Below, piece by piece: positions 14,641 to 26,266 of a stretch of DNA of 64,000 nucleotides. Under the pieces are notes generated by a model, which did no database searches, had not been told where the DNA came from, and saw nothing but the letters and a program-made list of their open reading frames with translations. Position 1 is the stretch's first letter. Every line of letters begins with the position of its first letter. Source of the DNA: Pirellulales bacterium (GTDB lineage: Bacteria > Planctomycetota > Planctomycetia > Pirellulales > JAICIG01); assembly GCA_040901675.1 (NCBI GenBank), contig JBBDYJ010000035.1, forward strand, positions 192,001 to 256,000, in the 5' to 3' direction. A program made the translations under genes and the position numbers.

Positions 14641-17523
14641 GTGTCGGTGGTTGAGCGATCGATTAGCCTGCGGGGGGTCGAGGTGCACAACCTGCGCTCG
14701 ATCGACCTCGACCTGCCGCACCGGCGGCTGATCGTTCTGTGCGGGGTCAGCGGCAGCGGCAAGAGCAGCCTGGCTTTCGATACGCTGTATGCCGAGGGTC
14801 AGCGGCGGTACATCGAGACGTTTTCGGCCTATACCCGGCAGTTCCTCGAACGGCTGGAAAAACCGGCCGCCGAGCGGATCGACGGCATTGCCCCGGCCAT
14901 CGCGGTGGCCCGCAAGAACTCGAACCGCTCCAGCCGCTCCACCGTCGGCACGGCCACGGAGATCAACGACTACCTGCGTTTGCTGTTCGCCAAGATCGGC
15001 ACGATTGTCTGCTTCCAGTGCGGGCGCGAGGTGCGGCGCGAAACGCCGCAGAGCGTGGCCGCCTGGCTGGGGCAGGTTGCCGCGGGCACTCGCCTGCTGA
15101 TCGCGTTCGCCGCCGATAGCCTGGTGCCCGAAACATTCGCCCAGCGCTCGGCCGCCTTGACGCAGCAGGGCTTCGTGCGGATCGTGCAGTCGGGCCGCCT
15201 GTTGGCATTGGATCAGCCCGACACGCTCGATCGCTGCGACGAGCCGGCGGCAGGGGCCCCCGACAACGGGACCGCTTACGTCGTGGTCGATCGCCTTACG
15301 GGTGGTGCGGCCCAGCGGCGGCTGCACGACTCGCTGGAGACCGCCTTCAACCAGGGCAACGGCGTCTGCCACGTGTTCGTGGAAGATCATGGCCAGGCCG
15401 CGGCCCCGGCCGAGCTTTCACCGGCCGAGACGGTCTCGATCGACGGGCGTGCCTGGCGGCGGATTGCCTTCAGCGCCCGATTGGCCTGCGATCAGTGCCG
15501 GCGCGAGTATCCTGAGCCCCAGCCGCGGCTGTACAGCTTTAACAGCCCGCTGGGGGCCTGCCTCGAGTGCGAGGGCTTCGGCAACGTGATCGACATCGAC
15601 ATGGATTTGATCGTGCCCGATCCGCAGAAGTCACTGCGCGAAGGCGCGGTCGCCCCCTGGAACAGCCCGGCCTACGCGCACGAATTAAAAGAGCTTCTCG
15701 ACCTGGCCGACGACGTGGGGCTGCGGGTGAATGTGCCCTTTCGCGAACTCGAGCCGCGCGAGCGGCGGATCGTCCAGGAAGGCGTGCCGGAGCGAAAGTT
15801 CGGCGGACTCAAAGGCTTCTTCGCCTGGCTCGAGCGCCGCAAGTACAAGATGCACATCCGCGTGTTCCTCAGCCGTTGGCGCAGCTATCGGCCCTGTCCC
15901 AGTTGCGGCGGCGCGCGGCTGCGGCCCGAGGCGCTGGCCACCCAGGTGGGCAGCCTCAACATTGCCCAGATCGCCGCCATGAAGATCGACGAGGCCGCCC
16001 GCTTCTTTCGAGAGCTCGATCTCTCCGAGTGGCAACGCCAGGTGGGCCGCATGATGATCGAGCAGGTCCGTGCGAGGCTCGGCTATCTGGCGACGGTCGG
16101 CCTGGGGTACCTGTCGCTCGACCGGACGCTGCGGACCCTGAGCGGGGGCGAAGCCCAGCGTGTGGCGCTGACTTCGGCCCTCGGCTCGAGCCTGGTCAAC
16201 ATGCTGTACGTGCTGGACGAACCGTCGGTCGGCCTGCACCCGCAGGACACGCAGCGGCTGCTATCGGCCATCCGCGGCCTGCGCGACCGGGGCAACACGG
16301 TGGTGGTGGTCGAGCATGAAGAGGCCTTCCTGCGCGCGGCCGATCAGTTGGTCGAAATCGGTCCGGGGGCGGGTGAACGGGGAGGCCAGGTGGTTTTCCA
16401 GGGTACACCGGCCCAGATCGTGACGGCGGCCAACAGCCTGACCGGCGACTATCTTTCCGGACGCAGGCGATTCCGAGCGCCGCCCCGGCGGCGGCAGCCG
16501 AACCACGGCTGGATCCGGCTGGCAGGTGCCCGGGGCAATAATCTCAAGAACATCACCGTCGAGTTCCCGCTGGGAGTGCTCGCGGTGGTGACCGGGGTGA
16601 GCGGCTCGGGCAAGAGCACGCTGGTCGAAGACACCTTGTATCCGGCCCTGTGCCGGCGGCTGCGGAAGGACGCCCCCAGGCCCAGCGACTACGACGACGT
16701 GTACGGCGACGGCCAGATCAACGACCTGGTGCTGGTCGACCAGTCGCCGATCGGCCGCTCGCCGCGGTCGAACCCCGTTACGTACATCAAGGCCTTCGAC
16801 GAAATCCGGGCCGTGTTCGCCGAAACGGTCGAAGCGCGCACGCACAACTACACCGCCAGCCATTTCAGCTTCAACGTCGATGGGGGCCGCTGCAGCGCCT
16901 GCCAGGGCGACGGCTACCTCCAGATCGACATGCAGTTCCTGGCCGACGTGTACATGAAATGCGACCAGTGCCACGGCCGCCGCTACCGGCCCGAGATCCT
17001 CGACGTGACTTATCGCGGCCGGAACATCGCCGAGGTGCTGGACATGACGGTCCGCGAGGCCTTCATTTTCTTTCGGGGGCGGCCCAAGGTGCAGGCCCGG
17101 CTGAAGAAACTGATCGACGTGGGGCTCGACTACCTGCGGCTCGGGCAGCCGGCCCAGACGCTCAGCGGCGGAGAGTCGCAGCGGCTGAAGCTGGCCGGGT
17201 ACATGTCGGCCGTCCGGCGGGGGCGCAGCTTGTTCATTCTCGACGAGCCGACCACGGGGTTGCACTTTGCCGACGTCGTGCAACTGCTCGATTGCTTCGA
17301 AGCACTGCTGGCGCTGGGGCACTCGCTGATCGTCGTCGAGCACAACCTGCAGTTGATCAAGGCGGCCGACTACATCATCGATCTGGGTCCGGGCGCGGCC
17401 GAGGCGGGCGGCCGCGTCGTCGTCCAGGGCACGCCGGAGATGGTATCGCACAATGCCGAGTCCGTCACGGGCCGTTACCTGGCCCGCGCGCTGGCCGAAG
17501 ACTTGCAGGAACAGTCGGCCTGA
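14641..17523 (+). CDS. uvrA: Excinuclease ABC subunit A (UvrA family, possibly a second paralog)
   Basis: Two Walker A motifs GVSGSGKS, SLAFDTLYAEGQRRY, LSGGEAQR and LSGGESQR signatures, CxxC zinc fingers; GTG start chosen after GGGAG, start uncertain. Confidence 0.95.
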   Translation: MSVVERSISLRGVEVHNLRSIDLDLPHRRLIVLCGVSGSGKSSLAFDTLYAEGQRRYIETFSAYTRQFLERLEKPAAERIDGIAPAIAVARKNSNRSSRSTVGTATEINDYLRLLFAKIGTIVCFQCGREVRRETPQSVAAWLGQVAAGTRLLIAFAADSLVPETFAQRSAALTQQGFVRIVQSGRLLALDQPDTLDRCDEPAAGAPDNGTAYVVVDRLTGGAAQRRLHDSLETAFNQGNGVCHVFVEDHGQAAAPAELSPAETVSIDGRAWRRIAFSARLACDQCRREYPEPQPRLYSFNSPLGACLECEGFGNVIDIDMDLIVPDPQKSLREGAVAPWNSPAYAHELKELLDLADDVGLRVNVPFRELEPRERRIVQEGVPERKFGGLKGFFAWLERRKYKMHIRVFLSRWRSYRPCPSCGGARLRPEALATQVGSLNIAQIAAMKIDEAARFFRELDLSEWQRQVGRMMIEQVRARLGYLATVGLGYLSLDRTLRTLSGGEAQRVALTSALGSSLVNMLYVLDEPSVGLHPQDTQRLLSAIRGLRDRGNTVVVVEHEEAFLRAADQLVEIGPGAGERGGQVVFQGTPAQIVTAANSLTGDYLSGRRRFRAPPRRRQPNHGWIRLAGARGNNLKNITVEFPLGVLAVVTGVSGSGKSTLVEDTLYPALCRRLRKDAPRPSDYDDVYGDGQINDLVLVDQSPIGRSPRSNPVTYIKAFDEIRAVFAETVEARTHNYTASHFSFNVDGGRCSACQGDGYLQIDMQFLADVYMKCDQCHGRRYRPEILDVTYRGRNIAEVLDMTVREAFIFFRGRPKVQARLKKLIDVGLDYLRLGQPAQTLSGGESQRLKLAGYMSAVRRGRSLFILDEPTTGLHFADVVQLLDCFEALLALGHSLIVVEHNLQLIKAADYIIDLGPGAAEAGGRVVVQGTPEMVSHNAESVTGRYLARALAEDLQEQSA

Positions 17524-17544
17524 GAAAGCCGGGGAACAACGCCC

Positions 17545-18483
17545 GTGATGACGAGCCACATGGAACAAACCGGGTTGCTCGACCGGCTGCAAGTGTTCTT
17601 TGGCGATGCCAGCTCGGGATTGGCGCGGATCTACGCCCGCCTCGGCCACGGCGGCGAGCTGGCCGGCTGCACGCTGGCCGGTCGAGTCGCCGGACCCAGT
17701 TGCCTTTACTCCCATACACTCGAGACCAGCGTGCCGCTGACTGAAAAACCGCCGCCCGTTGGGTTGTCCGGCAGCGGCCGCACCCCGGATCTCCTGGCAG
17801 AGGCCCTACTGCCCGATCCCTGTTTCTGGACGGCCGACATGCCGTTTCTGTACCAGGTACACGTCGAGTTGCGTCGGGGCAAAGAGCTGCTGGGCTCCGT
17901 CCAGCGCTCGTTGGGCATTCGTCCGCTCGGCACCCGCGGACGAAGGTTGTTGCTCGATTCGAGCATCTGGGTGCCGCATGCCGTCGACCGGGACGAAGTG
18001 CCCGGCCGCGATTGGCCGGCCTGGCGCGGCTCCGGCGCCGACATGTATGTCCATCAACCGGACGAGCAACTATGTGACCAGGCCAGCCGCGTCGGAGTGG
18101 CCTTGCTGGCGCACCTGGAGGGGCCGGCCGACTGGCTGCCAGAGCAGGTGGGCAAGCTGGCCCGCTGGCCCGCGGTAGCGCTGGCGGTTCTCGAGACGGA
18201 CGGCGACTTGCACCCGTCGATCCGCATGGAAGCCCGCAACCTGCTGTTGGGCTGGCCTGGTCCGCCGGCCGCGGCGGTCGAGCCACCGGGTTGGGCCGAC
18301 GTGGTGGTCTGCCGGGGCTCCGATGCGGTCGCGCTGGCCCGCCGTGCGCGGGACTGCCGGCTGCCGGTGATTGCTCACCGCCCGGCCGGCTGGCGTGACG
18401 ACCTGGTCGAGGCGCGGCGGCAGTGCGGCCAACTCGAGGGTGAACTGGCCGAACTGGGTGACTTTGCAGGTTACGTGGTGTAA
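17545..18483 (+). CDS. Hypothetical protein with degenerate GH2-like Ig/TIM region
   Basis: PDPCFWTADMPFLYQVHVEL...LGIRPL..RGRRLLLD and CDQASRVGV resemble GH2 scaffold segments; catalytic residues not recognisable. Confidence 0.55.
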   Translation: MMTSHMEQTGLLDRLQVFFGDASSGLARIYARLGHGGELAGCTLAGRVAGPSCLYSHTLETSVPLTEKPPPVGLSGSGRTPDLLAEALLPDPCFWTADMPFLYQVHVELRRGKELLGSVQRSLGIRPLGTRGRRLLLDSSIWVPHAVDRDEVPGRDWPAWRGSGADMYVHQPDEQLCDQASRVGVALLAHLEGPADWLPEQVGKLARWPAVALAVLETDGDLHPSIRMEARNLLLGWPGPPAAAVEPPGWADVVVCRGSDAVALARRARDCRLPVIAHRPAGWRDDLVEARRQCGQLEGELAELGDFAGYVV

Positions 18484-18540
18484 GAAAGGATCTCGCTTCC
18501 GGGCGGCCGCAACGCCCGCCACTTTTGCGAATCAGCCGCC

Positions 18541-19584
18541 ATGACCGAATCGAGCCCGATATCAGATCGCTATGTTCGTCAAACACGGTTTGCCCCGCTC
18601 GGCGACGAAGGGCAGCGCCGCATGCTGGCCAGCCGGGCCCTGATTTGCGGCTGCGGCGCTTTGGGCACCGTGCTGGCCAACACGCTGGCCCGGGCCGGCG
18701 TCGGCTCGCTGCGGATCGTCGACCGCGACTTCATCGAAACCAACAACCTGCAGCGGCAGGTCTTGTTCGACGAGGACGACGTGGCCGCCCAGTTGCCCAA
18801 AGCGATCGCCGCGGCCAACAAGCTGCGCAGGATCAACTCGCAGATCGAGATCGAACCGATCGTGGCCGACGTGGACCACACCAACGTGCTGGCCTTCTGC
18901 GAGGGGGTCGACGTGATTCTGGATGGCACCGACAACTTCGAAACCCGCTATCTGTTGAACGATGCGGCAGTGAAGCTCGGCCTGCCATGGATCTACGGCG
19001 GCTGCATCGGCGCCGGCGGGCAGACGATGACCATCCTGCCGGGCGAGACCGCCTGCCTGCGCTGCATCGTGGAAGAGCCGCCGCCGGCAGGCATGGCCGA
19101 GACATGCGATACGGCCGGCATTGTAGCTCCCATTGTCAACGTGATTGCCTCGATCCAGGCCATGGAAGCCATCAAGATCCTGTCCGGCCGCCGCGAGGCG
19201 ATCCAACGCTCGCTGTTGGTCTTCGATCTGTGGGAGAACCGCATCTTGAAGATGAATGCCGCCGCGGACCGCGAGGCGTCCGACTGCCCGGTTTGCCGGC
19301 GCGGCGAATTTGCCTGGCTGTCGGGCCAGCGCGGCAGCCACACGGCCGTGCTGTGCGGGCGCAACGCCGTGCAATTGATGCGGCCCGGCGGCGAGGCGCT
19401 GCCGCTGGAGGCGCTGGCAGAAAAGCTGGCAGGGGTGGGCCGCGTCACGCACAACGCGTTTCTGCTGCGGCTGGCGGTCGACGACTACCAGTTCACCATC
19501 TTTCCGGACGGCCGTGCGATCATCGGCGGCACCGACGACATCGCCACGGCCCGGGCGCTTTACGCCCGCTATATCGGGAGCTGA
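18541..19584 (+). CDS. ThiF/MoeB family adenylyltransferase
   Basis: RYVRQ, GCGALG, DRDFIETNNLQRQ, DGTDNFETRYLLND, CLRC and CPVC motifs. Confidence 0.93.
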   Translation: MTESSPISDRYVRQTRFAPLGDEGQRRMLASRALICGCGALGTVLANTLARAGVGSLRIVDRDFIETNNLQRQVLFDEDDVAAQLPKAIAAANKLRRINSQIEIEPIVADVDHTNVLAFCEGVDVILDGTDNFETRYLLNDAAVKLGLPWIYGGCIGAGGQTMTILPGETACLRCIVEEPPPAGMAETCDTAGIVAPIVNVIASIQAMEAIKILSGRREAIQRSLLVFDLWENRILKMNAAADREASDCPVCRRGEFAWLSGQRGSHTAVLCGRNAVQLMRPGGEALPLEALAEKLAGVGRVTHNAFLLRLAVDDYQFTIFPDGRAIIGGTDDIATARALYARYIGS

Positions 19585-19587
19585 GTT

Positions 19588-19631
19588 TCAGCCGGCGGAG
19601 CGGAGCGTGTCAGCCGGCGGAGCGGAGCGTG
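19588..19631. repeat. Perfect 22-bp tandem duplication containing the ABC ATPase stop codon
   Basis: TCAGCCGGCGGAGCGGAGCGTG at 19588-19609 and 19610-19631. Confidence 0.95.
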
Positions 19632-21133
19632 GCGGCTTCCATGATCCGCTGCTCGGTCGCCTCAGCGCGGTTGAACTCGCCGGTCAGCCGGCCCTCGCAG
19701 ATCACCAGGATCCGGTCGCAGACGGTCAACAGTTCCGGCAGCTCGCTGGAGGTTACGATCATCGCCAGGCCGTCGCGGCAGAGCCGGTCCATCAGCCGGT
19801 AGATCTCGGCCTTGGCTCCCACGTCGATGCCCCGGGTCGGGTCGTCCAGCAGCAGCACCTTGGGGCGGGTGCGCAGCCATCGTCCGATGATCGACTTCTG
19901 CTGGTTGCCGCCGCTGAGACTGGTGATCGGCACGTCGACACCGGTGGTTTTCACGTTGAGCTGCCCCACGGTCTCGGCCGCCATGCGGCGTTCGCGCGCC
20001 GGGGAGACAAGCCAACCGGCGGCGGCCTGGCGCAGCGTGCAGAGCGTGATGTTCTGGCACACCGTCATCTGATCGAAGAGTCCCAGCCGCTTGCGGTCCT
20101 CGGTGACCAAGGCGATTCCCGCCCGCCTGGCTTCGGCCGGGTGGCGGAACCTCACCTGGCGGCCTTCGAGGCGGATCGAGCCGCTATAGGCTTCGGCGCT
20201 GGAGCCAAACAGGCATTCCAGAAGCTCGGTGCGCCCGGCGCCCATCAAGCCGGCCACGCCCAGGATCTCGCCCCGGCGCAAGGAAAAGCTGATGTCGCGC
20301 AGGCGCCAGGCGCGGGCGTGGCCGGGCCAGGGGAGCGATAAGCGCTCGACTTCGAGCACCGGCTGGCCCGGCACGCGATGCTCGGCCACCTGGACCGACT
20401 CGATCTCGCGCCCCACCATCAAGTGCGTGATGCGGCGAGGATCGGTGTCGGCGCGGGGCACGGTCGTCACCAGCCGCCCGTCGCGCAGCACGGTGATGCG
20501 GTCGGCCAGCCGGAATACCTCGTCCATCTTGTGCGAGATATACAGGATCGTCACGCCGCGGGCCCGCAGCCGTTCAATGACGCGGAACAGCCGGGCCACC
20601 TCGCTCTCGGTCAGGGCGCTGGTCGGCTCGTCCATGATCAGGATCTCGGTCTCGCGGGAGAGAGCCTTGGCGATCTCGACGAGCTGTTGGTCCCCCACGC
20701 GCAGCGTCTTGACGCGCTCCGACGGCACCACCCGGCACTCCAACTGATCGAGCAGCTCGGCGGCCGACCGCTCCATCACGCGGTTGTCGAGCAGGCCCAG
20801 CCGCGTCCGCTTTTCACGGCCCAGAAAGACATTGGCCGCCGCCGATAGCTCGTCGACCAGGTTCAGCTCCTGGTGAATGATGCCGATCCCGGCCGCCTCC
20901 GCGGCCCGCGTATCGGCGAAGCGGACCGGCCGGCCTCGCAGCAGCAGCTCTCCCTCGAAGGAGCCGATCACCCCGGCCAGCAGCTTCATCAAGGTGCTCT
21001 TGCCGGCGCCGTTCTCGCCCACGATCGCGTGCAGCTCACCCGCGGGAATGTCGAGCGACACGTCCGAGAGCGCCACGACGCCCGGAAACCGCTTGGTCAC
21101 GCGGCGGATCGAAATCAGCGGCGACACGTCCAT
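19610..21133 (-). CDS. Sugar ABC transporter ATP-binding protein (RbsA-like, two NBDs)
   Basis: GENGAGKSTLMK, MDEPTSAL, YISHKMDEV, LSGGNQQK, DDPTRGIDVGAK. Confidence 0.95.
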   Translation of the reverse strand: MDVSPLISIRRVTKRFPGVVALSDVSLDIPAGELHAIVGENGAGKSTLMKLLAGVIGSFEGELLLRGRPVRFADTRAAEAAGIGIIHQELNLVDELSAAANVFLGREKRTRLGLLDNRVMERSAAELLDQLECRVVPSERVKTLRVGDQQLVEIAKALSRETEILIMDEPTSALTESEVARLFRVIERLRARGVTILYISHKMDEVFRLADRITVLRDGRLVTTVPRADTDPRRITHLMVGREIESVQVAEHRVPGQPVLEVERLSLPWPGHARAWRLRDISFSLRRGEILGVAGLMGAGRTELLECLFGSSAEAYSGSIRLEGRQVRFRHPAEARRAGIALVTEDRKRLGLFDQMTVCQNITLCTLRQAAAGWLVSPARERRMAAETVGQLNVKTTGVDVPITSLSGGNQQKSIIGRWLRTRPKVLLLDDPTRGIDVGAKAEIYRLMDRLCRDGLAMIVTSSELPELLTVCDRILVICEGRLTGEFNRAEATEQRIMEAATLRSAG

Positions 21134-21162
21134 TCGAGGGTCCGATTTTCTCAAAAGAGCCG

Positions 21163-22386
21163 CTAGCTGCCTGCCCGGCGAGCGCGGGCGGCTTCGAACA
21201 GCTTGACCAACGCCAGGCAGGCCAGGCCCACCAGCACCGCTACCTGTCCGGAGGTCGGGCTGGCGACCAGCGTAGTCAGCACGCCGAGCAACAGGGCCAG
21301 GTTGATCACCGTGACCGCGCCCAGCGGCCCCTCGAAAAAACGCTTCCGCCGGCCGCTCGTTTCGCGGAGTTGGTTCAGGGCCACGGCCATCACCACTACG
21401 ATCCCCACGATCAGCCCTTCATAGACGTCGGCCCCGGTCTTGATGATCTTCGCGATTCCATCGATCACCACCCGCAGGAACAGGCAGCCCAGCACCGTGC
21501 CGGGTATCGTGCCTATGCCTCCCCGCAGGCTGCAGCCGCCGACCACCGCAGCCGCAATGGCATTCAGCTCGTAGCCCCGAGCGAGCGTCTGCGGGTCCGC
21601 CACGCTCTGCTCGCCGATATAGAAGATGCCGGCGATCGACGAGAGCATCGCACTCAGAGCGTAAGCCAACCATTTCAGCCGGTCGGTGCGGATGCCGCTC
21701 AGCCGGGTCGCTTCTTCGTTGCCACCCAAGGCATACAGGTGCCGCCCCACCACGGTCCGGCTCAAGAGCACCCAGGCCGCCACGGCCAGCGTCAGGAACA
21801 GCGCCGCGCGCAACCAGACCGACGTGGTTAGCGAGCGGAACTGCTGGTCGAAAATCTGGATCTGCGTGGTGCGGGCGCCGAACGTGTGCAAGGTCACGTT
21901 TTCGATCACGGCCCTAGCCAGGCTGCGCAGCCCGACCAGCGTGGCCAGCGTGGCGATAAAGGGTGGCAGCCCGATCACGGTAATCAGCCAGGCGTGCAAG
22001 CTGCCGATCAGGAAACCCACCACGAGCGTGCCGCCGACGGCCAGAATGGTCACGCCGGCGCCCAGCGGTTCGGCCTTCTGCATCGCTTCGGGAGCCAGAA
22101 ACACCATCAGCGTCGCGCAGATGGTTCCGCTGAAGGCGATCACCGAGCCGGCGGACAGGTCGATGCCTCCGGAGATGATCACGATGGCCGCCCCGAGGGC
22201 GAAGATGCCCAGCATCGACGTGTGCCGCAGGACATCCAGCGCGCTCAGCTCCGGCGAGTAATAGTAGGTGCGCTGCTGGTCAAAAAGAAGAGTCAGCAGC
22301 ACCACGGCCACGACCGCCAGGCCGAGCCCCGCTTCGCTGCGCGCCAACCAGCCAAGCGGAAACGCCTTGGGCCGCATGGGACTCAT
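21163..22386 (-). CDS. Sugar ABC transporter permease (RbsC-like)
   Basis: GGIDLSAGS, PPFIATL, GRHLYALGGNEEA.RLSGI, YELNAIAAAVVGGCSL.GG. Confidence 0.94.
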   Translation of the reverse strand: MSPMRPKAFPLGWLARSEAGLGLAVVAVVLLTLLFDQQRTYYYSPELSALDVLRHTSMLGIFALGAAIVIISGGIDLSAGSVIAFSGTICATLMVFLAPEAMQKAEPLGAGVTILAVGGTLVVGFLIGSLHAWLITVIGLPPFIATLATLVGLRSLARAVIENVTLHTFGARTTQIQIFDQQFRSLTTSVWLRAALFLTLAVAAWVLLSRTVVGRHLYALGGNEEATRLSGIRTDRLKWLAYALSAMLSSIAGIFYIGEQSVADPQTLARGYELNAIAAAVVGGCSLRGGIGTIPGTVLGCLFLRVVIDGIAKIIKTGADVYEGLIVGIVVVMAVALNQLRETSGRRKRFFEGPLGAVTVINLALLLGVLTTLVASPTSGQVAVLVGLACLALVKLFEAARARRAGS

Positions 22387-23474
22387 GAGCCCTGCAGCCC
22401 GTACTTGGCGAGCCAGTTTTTGAAGTCGCCCAACCGAAGGAACTCGGTCTTCGCGCCGAACATGTCCGCATTCAGTGGCGAATCCTCGTCCGGGACGACT
22501 ACTTTCAGCCCGGTGTCGTAAATGTCTCCACCGTCGCCTTCGCCGTTGTTGGGCAGCATCTCCTCGATAGTCGCCTTGTCGTCCTGCGCCAGCGCCTTCA
22601 TCAGCCGCACGCCCTGGTAACCCATTTCGAAGGGGTTCTGCACGACCATGGCATCGATGAAACCGGCCTCCATGTCCTTGATGGCAACGGGTTCGGCGTC
22701 GAACACCACGATGGTAAAGTCACTTCGCCGATTCAACTGCCGCACCACGTCGACGATGGCCGGAGCGTTGTACGACCAGATGCCCACCAGCACGTTGAGG
22801 CCCCGGTGGTTCGAGATGGCATTGCGGACGTTGTCCCGGGCGCGCGTGCGGTCCAGGTCGTCGGCCATGTTGTCCAGCGCCTCGAACTTGTCACCGGCGC
22901 CCTGTTCGAACCCGCTCACGCGCTCGATCGCGTTCTGCGCGCCGGTGCGTCCCACGAAGGTCACGTATTGGCCCCCTTCCGGTCGGAGGTGCCTGGCCGC
23001 GGTCCCCAGTTCCTGGCCTCCCGCCAGGTTGTCTGTGCCGATGAATGCGAAGCGGGCGTCGCGGAATTTTTCGCGGTCCACGTCCGAGTCGATCGTCACC
23101 ACGTGAACGCCCTTGTCCTGCAGATTCTTCATTTCGTCGGCGACGGCCACGTTGGCCGCATCGATGACCGAAACGCCGACCGCCACGATATCGCGCTGGC
23201 TGGCGAACTGCTTGAGCTTGTCGATCTGGCCCTGCGGCGTGCCGTCGTTCACGTCCAGCACCGCCTGAAAGCCGTCCCGCTCGAGCTGGAGCTCCTGGGC
23301 CGCCGCCTCCAGGCCGGCTCGCGCCGTGTCCCAGAAGGGTGAGTTGCCGTTGGTCAACAGAATGAACCGCTTGGCAGCCGGCAGGGACGACGTCTCGGTC
23401 GGCTGCCTGCTGCAGCCGGCCGTGAGTGACAAGGCCGCCAGCAGCAGGCAGGCCGGCCAACAAGGGATTCGCAT
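22383..23474 (-). CDS. Sugar ABC transporter substrate-binding lipoprotein
   Basis: Lipobox-like LTAGC; SPFW, VTIDSD, FIGTDN, MVVQNPFEMGY periplasmic-binding-protein motifs; ATGA overlap with the permease. Confidence 0.92.
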   Translation of the reverse strand: MRIPCWPACLLLAALSLTAGCSRQPTETSSLPAAKRFILLTNGNSPFWDTARAGLEAAAQELQLERDGFQAVLDVNDGTPQGQIDKLKQFASQRDIVAVGVSVIDAANVAVADEMKNLQDKGVHVVTIDSDVDREKFRDARFAFIGTDNLAGGQELGTAARHLRPEGGQYVTFVGRTGAQNAIERVSGFEQGAGDKFEALDNMADDLDRTRARDNVRNAISNHRGLNVLVGIWSYNAPAIVDVVRQLNRRSDFTIVVFDAEPVAIKDMEAGFIDAMVVQNPFEMGYQGVRLMKALAQDDKATIEEMLPNNGEGDGGDIYDTGLKVVVPDEDSPLNADMFGAKTEFLRLGDFKNWLAKYGLQGS

Positions 23475-23768
23475 GGGGTCGTGTCCTATCGAGATTCGCT
23501 GTGAGGTGGGCCGGGAGATGCCGCCAATTGTCTCAAGAAAAGCGATTTTAAAGGGGGCGGGCGGCCATAGCAAGCAGATCGCCCACGCCCGAAGCCAGCA
23601 GCCGAAGGCCCCCGATTGCCCGGCTTCGCTCAACTTGGCGATCGTTACAACCGATTCAATTGATATTGGACGGAACCCGACGCGGGTCTCGGACTTCGGC
23701 GAGCTCAGTCGAGCCGCGGGCTCGACCCGCCCCGAGCCCGTCGAGGGGCGCCAGCGAGGAAACCTGCG

Positions 23769-24677
23769 TTGAAGATAGTTCCCAAGCACCGCCGGCCACG
23801 CGTCGGCCCAACCGAGCGGCTGGGCCGGCTGGGGCCTTGGCACCTGGTCCGGCTGGCGGCGGCCGGCAATCTCTGCCGCGTCTTCCAGGCCCGGCCCGCC
23901 GACGGACCCAACGACCGTCCCGCTTGTTACGCCGTGAAAGTGCTGCTCGAACCGTGGCAGCTCGATCAGGCCGCCGTCGAAATGCTCCGCCGCGAAGCCC
24001 TGGTGGGCCGCAAAGTCTCACATCCGCACCTGATTTCGATCCTCTCGGCGCACGTGACCGAGCCGCCCTATTACGTGGTGATGCCCTGGCTTGGCGGCAG
24101 CACGCTGGCCGACACGATCGGCCGGTTTCGTTCGGGCGGCAGCCCGCCGGCACTGCCCTTGGCGCTCTGGCTGATCCGCCAGGTGGCCCAGGCGCTGGCC
24201 GCCCTGCACCAGCACGGTTGGATGCACGCGGACGTGAAGCCGGGCAATATCATCATCTCGCCCGAAGGACACGCCACGCTTTTGGATCTGGGCTTCGCTC
24301 GGATGCCCGCCGAAAGCGGCTCGCTCGTCGACCGCTGCGTGGCCGGCACCATGCAATACGTGGCCCCCGAAATGATCACCAGCGCGCTGCGGCCCGACAT
24401 CCGCAGCGACATCTATAGCCTGGGCGTCACGTTGTTCGAGCTCTTGACCGGCCGGCTGCCGTTTGCGGGCAGCGAACTGGCCCAACTGGCCGAACAGCAT
24501 CGGCAGGTGGAGCCGCCCGACGTGCGGGCGCTGGTTCCGCAGCTCCCCTCGGACGTCGGCCGGCTGGTCCACCGGATGCTGGCCAAGGAGCCGCTGCGAA
24601 GGCCGCAAACACCCGCCGAGCTCATCGAGCGCCTGGCCGCGCTGGAGATCGCCACGTTCGATCAACGCCAGGGCTAG
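23769..24677 (+). CDS. Serine/threonine protein kinase (Hanks type)
   Basis: YAVKVL, HADVKPGNI, LLDLGFA, GTMQYVAPE, SDIYSLG. Confidence 0.92.
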   Translation: MKIVPKHRRPRVGPTERLGRLGPWHLVRLAAAGNLCRVFQARPADGPNDRPACYAVKVLLEPWQLDQAAVEMLRREALVGRKVSHPHLISILSAHVTEPPYYVVMPWLGGSTLADTIGRFRSGGSPPALPLALWLIRQVAQALAALHQHGWMHADVKPGNIIISPEGHATLLDLGFARMPAESGSLVDRCVAGTMQYVAPEMITSALRPDIRSDIYSLGVTLFELLTGRLPFAGSELAQLAEQHRQVEPPDVRALVPQLPSDVGRLVHRMLAKEPLRRPQTPAELIERLAALEIATFDQRQG

Positions 24678-26105
<1,428 letters not shown>

Positions 26106-26266
26106 TTTGCGCTCTCATGGATCCGGCCCGTCCGCGGGCTGGCAAGAAACTGAGCTTGCATCCCAGCCGCGAACGGCATTTGGATGAAGCATCGACGACC
26201 CGCCGCCGTCAACGCGCCTCGTCGCCGCGAGTTGCAAGTCGAGCGGCCTTTTCCTCCCCGCTTCGA

